Origin: Rhizodiscina lignyota
Lineage: Eukaryota
Direction of reading: 5' to 3'
DNA: 64,000 bases
NCBI GenBank assembly: GCA_010015805.1
Contig: ML978121.1
Coordinates: 1,178,001 to 1,242,000 of the forward strand
In this document: in pieces, positions 38,506-48,592 of the stretch
How the letters are laid out: the number at the start of each line of letters is the position of its first letter
Numbering within the stretch: the stretch's first letter is position 1
Position numbers and translations under genes: made by a program
The notes under the pieces: model-generated
What the model was told of the DNA's origin: nothing
Databases searched by the model: none
What the model saw: the letters and a program-made list of their open reading frames with translations, nothing else

Positions 38506-41500
38506 CTAAGGACAAGTATTACCTCCGCAATTATCGTTGCACCACTCTGTACACAAAATCTGCCCTTCACAGCAGCTAACAGCGCATGTTAAGCTCCCAA
38601 TGTCTACTCCCCTATCAATACAAGACTGGAACGGTGTCTCTGTCGCTGGTGGTTCCCCACCGCCATCACATAAACAAGCCTCTGCGACAAACGTGCATCC
38701 AGCCCCACACGGGTTCGAGCCTGCCGCCGGCGTCGAGGGTGTTGGCGGAGACGTAGAGGACGTAGGCGAAGGCGAAGGCGAAGGCGGAGGCGAAGGGCTT
38801 TCAGGACTGCTCGGAAACGTAGGTGTGCCTGGGATAGACGGCGGCGTGAAAAGTTGCGAGATGTTGTAGATTTCGCCTTCAATCGACCAGACACCTCCAA
38901 ACGTATTTTGCGCTTTGAGACAGGTATCGATGATCGCATTCAAAGCCTCCATACAATGCGGCAGAGGATGCAGTGCGATATTGTCAGTTCGCTGGATGTC
39001 CAGGCCAATAGAACCGGTACTGAAAGTGATATGGTTCGGCCCTTGGCTAGAGTCAAACGAAGTGTCGCAATTCCGCGTAAGAGCATCGTTTGGAGTCAAG
39101 GCGTTAGCAATATCAGTGCCAGAGAACTCGTTGTTGTTGATGGGATCTCCACACTTAAGATCACCAGTAGGGGTCGCAGCGGGCGAATCAGTTGGTGACG
39201 ATGGATCTGAGGCGGTTGATGAGGGCTGAGACGCGGGGCACGCTTGTCGTTTCTGGTTATTCTGGTTACCAGGAGGGGTGGGGACGCGCTGGTTATCGAA
39301 GCTTCCCCAGTCGTCAGTAAAATCTACTGGGTTGCTCTCAATTTGCAGACGCCATCTGGAATTTTGGCAGGGAGTTCTCCTCTGATCTGCCTCATATTGT
39401 ATGACCACTTTGCCTGTTGGGTCCTGGAAGTTTGGGTCATTTCTAATCGCCTCATAAGGTAGAATCGTTCCCCGAGTGTTGAGTAATTGCTGGAGGGTGT
39501 TCTGGATTTGGTCAACCTCATTTTGATACTGCAGCCTTTGTGCGTTTATAGGGCCCCCTGGTCTGCCACTGGGAGTGACGATAAACGCTTTCGGGCTGAA
39601 CACCGAATTAAGAATTTGGCCTGGACCGGTAAAGTCGGCGATGCCAAACTGAAAGGTGTTCGTACCGTCTCCATGGGGAAGCGTATTGATAACATCGTGG
39701 AGGAAAAGTGGAGAAGGGGTAAACTGCTCGTCTATTACAAAAGATGGGTTCTCCCAGAAATGAGTAACAAAGGCTCCCATTCGAGATACCACTATAACGG
39801 AGGTACAGCCGTAGAGGCCCGTCACACCGGTGACTAGATTTTGATCGTTGAATTGCACTGCTGTTGCTGTAGAGACACCTAGTGTTCCGGCTGCGTTCAC
39901 CCCGTGTCGTACCAAGTTTGCAGAATTCAACGACAACAGCAGTCTGATGAACTCCCCAGCATCGAGTCCGGAGTCCTGGGCAGTGACCATTTGACGCTTT
40001 GAAATGCTGTGCAGAGGGGACGTCGTCTCGTTATCTGAAGTAGACAGTGGGTCGGACGATTTCAGAACTGGCTCTGGAATAAACGTGGAGCTTCCAAGAG
40101 CCCGTTTCGCCGGTGGCCCTGGATTGGCAGTCTCGACAGGAATGTCTGGAATTCCGCCAGCGTCTGTAGTGCAGCTACTACAAGATACACCTGCAGGTGC
40201 CGAAGGATGGTCATTGTTCAGGCACACAGGGTTTGTTGCAGCACATAAGGCAACGCTGCTGGTCGTGGTAGTCGTTGTCACTGTAGTCGCACTGCACAAC
40301 CCAGTGGTGGATGTACACGATGTAGTTGATGTAGAACAGTCGGTGTCAGCTGTCGTACTGGACGGGCAAACGAGGGTAACAACACAGGACGACACCGGGG
40401 TCGTGGTTGTGCAAGAGGAAGAACTGGAACTGGAGGAACTGGAACTGGAACTGGAGGAACTGGAACTGGAACTGGAAGAACTGGAACTGGTGTTCCCGCT
40501 ATCGTCGTTGTTATCATCCCCGTTATCGTCATCATCGCCGGAATCTGGAACGTCGCTAGCATCTGGGAATAGTTCTGGTACGAATGCCGCTGGTAAAACT
40601 CCGATCGGAAGAACAAGTTCGAATGCAGAGGTGATTGTTACAGTTACAGGTGAACCCCCTAAAACAGTGATTAGTTACACTTACGACGTCGATTCTCTAG
40701 AACAGGAACATACCTAGGAGCAAAAGTAATGCAAGCGGTGCAGCATCATCAATATCAGGCAGGTTATCCCGCTGGTCTTTTGGAAGTGTCTCTTTTGTAA
40801 AGGCTGCTGTTTCTGTGGGGTTTGACGGATTTGTAACCACGGCAGAGGACGCAATATGAGCAGGAAGATTCACTGATATTGAGGTGCTGGTGAACGTGGA
40901 TGTAGGCGGATGCAAAGCTGGTGCAACTGTGACTATCACCCCAGGCCCATCAGATTGCGATGATGGATCAGGCGAGGGCGTTGGGAGCGAAGGAGCGTTC
41001 GGAGGAGGCGTTACTGGCGGGGAAGGGCTGTTAGTTGGAGGGTCCGTAGGTGCGGGCTCAGTTGGAGGGTCCGTAGGTGCGGGCTCAGTTGGAGAATCGG
41101 TAGGAGAGCTTCCGGTCGAAGAGCTGTCGGTTGCCGTAGGTACAGCAACTGTGCTCACAGGAACTGTCTGACCTCCAATTACCAATCCCGAAGTGATGGC
41201 AGAAATAGTAGTAGAATCGATTACGAGTACGGGGCCTCCAGCAGAAAGAGTATCCGTGGTCTGCGATCTAGGAAGACTAAATACTCCAGGAGAAATTTCC
41301 ACAGCAGTGATTGTAAACGCGTTCCCAGCGGTACCAGTCAAGGTAATCAACTCTCCTGCTGTACTTGAGAGTGACGGATCGGATGGGGAGCTTCCCGTTG
41401 GAGAAGGCGCGCTGTCCCCTGGGTCTGAAGTTGGATCGGGAGGGAAAATCGGTGTAATGCTACCAACATCGGTCGTAGACACAGAAGTGTCAGAGGTCGA

Positions 41501-41638
41501 AATCGGATCGGAGGGCAGAATTGGCGTGATCGTATCATCGGTAGAGCTTGGATCGGATGGTGAAGGAGAGACAGGATCCTGGGCAAGTGCTGCCTGAACT
41601 CCAAAGAGAAGAAGAAGATAGCTGAGTTTACAAATCAT
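38506..41638 (-). CDS. Large secreted modular protein (~1025 aa): signal peptide, S/T/P-rich region, KR-flanked Cys/His domain, KP4/Hce2-like and Cys-rich C-terminal modules
   Basis: Signal MICKLSYLLLLFGVQAALA. Intron 40713-40659 (GTATGT..CTAAT..TAG) fuses the 40697-41686 ORF in frame to the poly-Ser segment and the 38506-40395 ORF. Confidence 0.8.
40415..40490 (-). repeat. Poly-Ser coding microsatellite (GAACTG/GAG units)
   Basis: Repeated gaactggaactggag on the + strand reads AGT TCC TCC on the coding strand. Confidence 0.85.
41033..41100 (-). repeat. 27-bp coding tandem repeat (PTEPAPTDP), ~2.4 copies
   Basis: agttggagggtccgtaggtgcgggctc repeated directly. Confidence 0.85.
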
Positions 41639-42599
41639 GCCTTCGACAAATATGAAGATAGGAGACAATGAAAAGAGAAAATCCAAATTGAGACCTAAGG
41701 AAATATGAGAATAGGAAAATGAAATAAGGAAAACAAAGCAAGGGAATACGATTTCAGAAGATGTGATGCGAAGCTTGAATGCGAAGCACTCTCATTCTTA
41801 GGGCTCAGAAAGATTTTATACCTTTCTTCTAGTGGGCTCGTTTAGTTCTGTCATGAAATAGAATATCCGAGTCTGAGATTGATTGAATAGGTTGAAAATA
41901 GAACGGACGGAAACATGAAGTCCTCATACTCAACGTTGACAGTTCTGCGTAGAAAGATGAAGCCATAGTCGGAATAGTCGGTAAGATGACAAGAGTTGTA
42001 CATCGCTAAAAGAGTCGACTCCGATCAGAATATCGTGTGCAAGACCTCGCGCTAGCACACATGTGGCGCCTGTTGCCTGTCTGACGAGTTAGTAGTAGGT
42101 GTGAGTGGCAGTGTAGTGTCAAGGATGACAATAGTGCTGATGCGACGTGCTAGAGCAATTTCAGGGGCGGACCGTCACAGGAAGCTTTCCCGTAGTTTTA
42201 CTACACGCCAAGCCACCTATCAGGATTAGAGCTTCCAGCAATTGCCTTAACAAGCATAGTGGCAGGGTTGAGCATGAGTTTGAACTGACCTCGTTCGTCC
42301 ATCGTTCGTCCACGAGAATGTCTTGCGCTCACGTCCACACGACGGCGTAGGATATCAGCGTCCCTTATCTAGTCGCTTGGCGGGCTTGCGCTAGTTTGTA
42401 AAGTGGAAGTCGGGGCGGATGGCGGTAGTGGCGAGTCAGTCCTCCTCAGTTGATCCCAAAGATACTCCGTATCTTTGTGAGCTTCGCCAAAGATAACAAG
42501 GGTCAAAATGTATGAACTGCTCGCCGGATCGATGTCAGTCATCACTGTTGTCTACAGAATGACGGCTCTTCACGATCCCGCCGGCTGTCAGCGAGCGAT

Positions 42600-44874
42600 T
42601 CGAGAGCACGAATGTTGAGACGTAGTTAAAAGTAAGTTGTGTTCTTCAGCAGGAGCTAGAGCATCTCTGAAAGTTCGACTAAATATACACCGGAATGTAT
42701 TTATCTAAAACACGCAGTAAGGGCATTCTTCTGTTCTTCTGTACCATCAGGGATACTCGATCTTCCTGCCGTTTATAGTCCGAAACAAACAACTGGAGCA
42801 CGAGGATATACATCCTCGTAGTTCTATATATTGTAGCCACGACTCAACTATTTTGTCACCCACTTGATCGGGTCGCATTTCAGGACCCACCCGAACCAAG
42901 TCGATGATGGATTGACAGAACATCCCTGCATACAGCTTTGGCGCGAACGGGATGGGATTTCCATTGGCATCGTAGTCATCTACCCATCCTGGAAATTCCA
43001 GCCATACAGTGAGCTCACGATCATCTGCAGTGGTGAAGATCGCTTTCATGGCTAACAGATGGGCATTCTCGTAGCGGGCTGACACCGGGAGGTGCGGTGC
43101 GAACCTGTGCGGGTGGGGCTCTGGACCCGGTGCGATTTCTGCCTTCAGGAGGTAGTTGACGGGTTTTCCGAGCTCCACATCCATGCCAGCTTGCTCCAGT
43201 GCCCGAAGGGTGTACTCATTTACGCGCAGGCACAAGGGACCATAGTTGATGGTGATGCTTCGTTTCCTGTAGTATAAAAGTGGTGTCGCGAAGCCCCGAA
43301 TGCCGACACCAAGGAAGGTCCATTTGTTTGTTGATAGATCTTCGTAGATGGGAATGGCTTTATTGGTGCCTATGTACCCAAGAGCAGCCCTCATTTGGAA
43401 TACTTTGTTGGTGGTGCTGGGTGGCACAGATTCACTCTTGGTGAGCGTGCGGACCAAAGAATTGGGAATGATCTTCGTCAACCTGTTCAAACGAGATTCC
43501 GTGAGGGCAACATCCGCGAATGCATTCAGCACCACCATCATCGCAAATTCGAAAAGGTAGAAATGTGAGCTTGTGAGCGAAAACACACGCTGTCGATTCG
43601 AGAAATGCGAGCGGAAACCAATCGATGGTGCGCCCGTAGTCGCGCCATATGTCGTAGAGCACCTTTTTCTTTCCCTTCTCAGGCGGAGTTGTGTTGCTTC
43701 CAACGTATGATAAATCCCACCTCCGTTTTACCGACGTAGAGGTGATGCATCGTGATGGTACCGCCTGTGAGGAGCCCCGCATAAATACCGCAGTCGGTAT
43801 TTGTTCCCTTCGCTGTGTCTTTTGAGGCATTTCGAAGCGTTTCCAGATTCCACGGCTCTCCAGTGCTCAGAGCTGCGGCGATCCCGTCAGGCATGGCCTC
43901 CACTAAGCTTTCTGCCAGGCTCTCGGGTGTGGTCTCGCGGACGATTTTGCTCGAAGAGGCCGGGAGCAGTTTGTGGTTGTCGCGCATCAAGCTGAACAGT
44001 TCGCAGAAAACCTGCTTGATGAACAGCGGAGGAGTAGGGGAAGAGTTTTGTATGTTGGACGTTTGGACATTGGATGAAGAGGATGGCTGATGGCTTGACG
44101 AAGAGTGGTGGCCGGTGAAGGATGAGGTTTGAGCAGCTGAAAAGGTGGGTGAGGGTTAGCAAAGGAAGTTCGGGCGGTTGGGTATGGAGTTTAAGTGCCT
44201 GGGATTGACGCCCGAGCGTCGGGAACTTGAGCGTCGGAGAGCTGAGCACTGGAGGCGCGAGTATCGGAGGAAGAGGAAGACATGCCACCCGAAAGAGGAA
44301 CCTGAGCCTTAGAGAGCTGAGCACTGGATGCCTGAGTATGGGACGAAGAGGAAGAAGACAGGCCACCAGAAAAAGGAACCTAAGCAATGGAGGCCTGAGT
44401 ATGGGATGAAGAGGAAGAAGACAGGCTACCAGAAAAAGGGACCTGAGCGCTGGAGACCTGAGCATTGAACGAAGAGGGAGGCTGGCCACCTGAAAATGGC
44501 TGTTGAGCGCCCGAGACCTGAGCATTAGATGAGGAGGGAGGCTGGCCACCTGGAAAAGGCACCTGAGCGCTCGAGACCTGAGTATTAGATGAGGAGGAAG
44601 ACAGGCCACCTGGAAAAGGCACCTGAGCGCTGAAGGCTTGAGCATTGAACGAAGAGGGAGGCAGGCCACCTGAAAAGGTCACCTGAGTGTTGGAGACTTG
44701 AGTATTGAACGAAGAGGAAGGCAGATCACCTGAAAAGGGCTGTTGAGCGTTGGAGGAAGAGGCTTGGGTGCTTGATGTTTGATTTGGAAGACGTGGTCGC
44801 TTCGTGACAAAGCGGTCCATAGTATTCTTCTGTGTACTTGGAGTACGGGGAGCAGCTCTCTTGAGTGCTACCAT
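42600..44874 (-). pseudogene. GIY-YIG nuclease-family gene, copy A (disrupted)
   Basis: CGIYAG..HLYVGKTE..RWKQH. In-frame TAG at 44380-44382 where sibling repeats have CAG, and two frameshifts (~43680, ~43600) relative to copy B. Collinear with the 48593-50300 copy. Confidence 0.8.
44225..44760 (-). repeat. ~60-63-bp coding minisatellite (PFSGGLPSSSFNAQVSSAQV-like), ~8 copies
   Basis: Lines 44461-44760 align in register (agcattgaacgaagagggag..ggccacctgaaaa..cctgagcgc). Confidence 0.9.
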
Positions 44875-45679
44875 GGTGATAGCCTGCATGTGAATTAGTA
44901 AGATTATGAAGAAAGGAGAGGTGTAGACTTACTGACGCAAGACAGACGGCACAAGTTGGAAGTCAGGGAAAAAATGAAGTCGGATCAGCTCTTTCGGAGC
45001 AGACCGCCTTTTCGAGACTTTGAGGTGTAGCACGATGAATGGGACTCCAAGGACAGTTTGGAGGAACAGTTGACAGCAACAATTGGGAGGTGATGTGAAG
45101 CGTAATCGTATAAGGCCAGATGGCAGTAAAGTAGCTCTGAGGAAGAGCAAGAGGAAAATTCGAGTGCGGAGGCAAATAACTGCGTGCGCATCGCGCCAAG
45201 AGGTTGGGAGGGAAGGCGCGTAGGGGGAGACATCGTCGGAAGGAAGGTACGAGCCAGGACCCACGTAAGAGGATCCTGTGACTTGTTTAAGCCGTCCTTA
45301 GGGATCTAAGGATGTAAGTTAAAGGTGAGACTCAATTAAGAGATGATCTAAAGGGAATGTAGCTTCAACGGTTGTAAAGAGAGGAGTCAGTCGAACTTTA
45401 CTGTACGATAACTAGACTAATTTATCTAGCTATCGTAGTACTTAGAGTCATGTTGTCATGAATCCATGAGAAACATTAGCCAAAGTGAATGCGTCAAGAA
45501 AGGTAAGAGGCAGAATCTCATTCTCTCCCGGTACATGCCCTCTAACACCGCTAAGAGATAAAGACCCTACCGAGCAGACACCTACTCGACACTAGTGACA
45601 TCCATTTCATCGGAGGAGAGTGCACGCTAGAAGTAGAATTAGTAAATGACTAGACAATGGGAGAGAGGGCATACCCAAA

Positions 45680-46145
45680 AGATTATGAAGAAAGGGAGAG
45701 GTGTAGACCTACGGACGCAAGACAGGCGTCACACGTTGTAAGCTAAGGGCATCCGTGACAGCATCGTTGGCAAAGGCGTTCAGTATGACTATGAAGGCAA
45801 ATTCGAACAGGTAGAAATGCGGCGTTGTAAGAACAGTCGCGCCCCCCCAGTCGTGGTGAAGACAGCTTTGATCGCTAGAAGGTAGTGCGCTGTGGGATAT
45901 TAGGCTGACACTGGCACGCGGGTGACAAAATAGTTGAGCCCGATTAATTGAACACGCGCAGCAAGGGCAAGTTTAGCTCTTCAGCACAGGCGAGAGCATC
46001 TCTAAAAGCTCGATTTAATATATATTAGATAGTATTTATCTGAAGTACACAGCTTTAGTGTGTATAATCTATATTAACGGAGGAGTATATACATCTTCAC
46101 GCTGAGATGTATTACAGCCACGACTCAACTTTTTTGTCACCCACT
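45680..46145 (-). pseudogene. Scrambled fragments of a third GIY-YIG family copy
   Basis: 45680-45740 matches the 5' intron region of copy A (44901-44960). 45750-45832 encodes LTTPHFYLFEFAFIVILNAFANDAVTDA (copy B LTTTHFFYFEFALMATLNAFTDSALTTA). 45915-46145 matches the 3' region 50068-50300. Confidence 0.75.
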
Positions 46146-46413
46146 TGACTGCCCGGTACCTGTGGAGCGAACCGATTTGATGTTCTCGACATTGGCAAGT
46201 TATCATTAGATATAGAAGTAGAATTTTCTATAAAACTAGGTTTCCAAAGATAGAATCTGTCCTACCCTATATAAAATAGTCTGCAAATTAAAATTCAACC
46301 CAAAACACGAAAGAGTTTTTGGTATTAGTCCTTACCTCTGATTCATTGAAATATTCTGGATTAGTTGTATAAGGATATATATATGATTTTTAATTTCGAG
46401 GTAGGGTGAAATA

Positions 46414-46546
46414 GGCCCTTTAGCGCAATGCGAGTCTGCTCTTCTTCTTTTAATAAAATTAATTGCTAATGTCCCAATAGGGTAGCGCGTTGGTTTTCGG
46501 TCAAAAAGTCCACCAAAGGTTGCGCGTTCGAATCGCGTGAGGGTCG
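46414..46546 (+). tRNA. tRNA-Arg(TCG) with a canonical 10-nt anticodon-loop intron (46501-46510) and a 51-nt D-loop insert (46430-46480)
   Basis: Acceptor GGCCCTT/GAGGGTC+G, D stem GCGC/GCGC, anticodon stem TTGGT/ACCAA with loop TT-TCG-G^C, variable AGGTT, T arm GCGCG-TTCGAAT-CGCGT. Confidence 0.88.
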
Positions 46547-46554
46547 AATAAATC

Positions 46555-46563
46555 TTTTTTTTT
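46555..46563 (+). terminator. Pol III oligo-T terminator of the tRNA-Arg gene
   Basis: T9 run 9 nt after the discriminator base, with further T runs downstream. Confidence 0.8.
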
Positions 46564-47519
46564 GTGCTGTTTTTTCTTTCTTCTTTTGGGTTTTTTTTTC
46601 TAGAGTAAAATTTCTATTGCAGTTGCGATTCGTTTGGATTTTACGGAGCGAAAGTGAGCTGAGCGATTGTCAGAGTGCATTTTTGACTATTAGACAGGAC
46701 TCTTCAAGTTTCTAATAGAAACAATTTTGCGAGATCCCGAACTGAGACTGCTGTTGGATAAGAGAAGATCATCATAAACGACATCCACGACATAGATAGC
46801 AAATGTAAGCCAGCAACATTTCTAAACTTGGCCTCCTGGTTTCCGAGGCGACTCTATCCTCGAACCAGGATCGATCAAGTCGCATAACATATTTTCCTTA
46901 GCTCTAATACACCGAAAGCTATTCTCCCTAGCTCCGCCATACAACTAGTCAAAATTTATCTTCGACAAGAGACCAAGTGCGCAGGCCTCGAGATAGAATT
47001 CGTCTTGGACGGAGGAAACGACGTCTTGGTTCCATCGGACGCGGGGCTTCTCGCTCTTTTCCGAGCCTCGTCTTCCTCAGCACGTCGCTTGTTTTGGGTA
47101 TGTCCTCCTACTACTTCTATCCAACGCATCACTTGCTGACCGGGCCATAGCGAGTCATCGCCTCCACAGGAACAGGTGGAGCCGTCTAGCCGGCTGTCCA
47201 TGAAGGAGGGAGTATGGCAAGGCGGAGCGAGACTTTATCGGCGTTTGATGGATGGGGAACGGAGTAAGAGACTACCTTTTTGTTTATCTTAGGCAGATAC
47301 CTTTACAGTGCTCAGGCTGTAAAGAAAGTCTAATCTAATTCCCCTCTCCTATCTTTGCACTTCTTAGACCGCTTCACTTCGTAGACCGTTCGAACCTGCT
47401 CGAAGCACTCACTGCTCACCTCATTTCCCCCAAAGCCAAAGCCCCAAACCTCCTCCGACTTCGCCAGCATATTACGCCGCAACCGGAAGGTTCTCTGTAG
47501 CCAGTAGCTTCGGCTGTAC

Positions 47520-47915
47520 CTACCGCCTTCTTCTTGACTACTTCTTCCTCACGTCAAATACCCGGATCAACTCCTCCTTCGCCCCAGGCGCCTTCTTACT
47601 CAACTACTCCTTCCACAGTGCCTGGCACCTTCTTGGATCAACTCCTTCGCTTCAGGCGCCTTCTTCCTTAACTACTTCTTCCTCCCGTCAATCACTCGGA
47701 TTAACTCCTTCGCTTCGGGCGCCTTCTCCCTTGACTACTTCCTCTACTGTGCCTGGCGACTTCTTGGATTATCTCTTCTTCTCTTCAGGCACCTTTTCGA
47801 TCGACTACTTCCTCTGCTGTGCCTGGCGACTTCTTGGATTAACTCCTCCTTCGCTTCAGGCGCCTTGCGGCTTGACTACTTCTTCCATTCCGCCTGGCGA
47901 CTCTTTGGATTGACA
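47520..47915 (+). repeat. Degenerate ~60-70-bp tandem repeats
   Basis: Recurring gtgcctggc(g)acttcttggat..aactcc(tcc)ttcgcttcaggcgccttc..ttgactacttc units, ~5-6 copies, with no long intact ORF. Confidence 0.7.
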
Positions 47916-48592
47916 TCTTCTTCCTTACTTCTGGCGGCTCAAGTCACGCGCAGAATAACAAGAATAACGCCTCCAACTCCTTAGATAGTTTCCGACTTTC
48001 CAATTCCTCACGTAGTAATTCGCCTCCTAAATAGTACTCAACTCCTGCTTACAATTCAACAGGTTTTCCGTCCGTCCATCGCTCGAGGCATCCGAGAGCT
48101 CATGGCCTCGCAAGCCACTACAATCCATTCCAAGGACAACCAACCCCAACGGCAACCCATCGCAATGCTGCAAGAATCTAGTGCAGTGCAATCCATCTAC
48201 TTGCGTCTTGTATTTAGCTCCAATGTCGTCCACTATGCATTGCGGTTTTTTCAACTTCAACGTGGTGGTGCCGCCTCGTGCCTCCCTCGCATCGCGCCTT
48301 CCCTTCCAACTCTCTCGAGCCCCTAGCGCGTTTCGTCTCGCGCACATCAAATCTTTTGTGGGAAGATGGCAATGTACTTATCCTCTTTGTCTGTTTCTTC
48401 GCCTCCGGTGCTCTCTGTCTCTCGGCGATCTCTTCTTCTCAGCTCCAGGGCAGCTCCAGGACGTTAATATTGTCGGCACTCCTCCTTGTACACTCTCCAT
48501 CCAGTTCAGCTGCTTGCGCGCTCTGGATCGTATTTGTAAGTCATCTGCCCTCTCGTCACCTTAATGGTCTAGCTAACTCGACTAGCTGCAAG

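Noticed and set aside
44225..44760. CRISPR-like array
   Set aside because: Eukaryotic context; the units are contiguous degenerate coding repeats without unique spacers.
48278..48592. N-terminal 105 aa of the 522-aa ORF
   Set aside because: Non-ATG start and it reads through an intron (48536-48585). Homology with copy A begins at ATG 48593.
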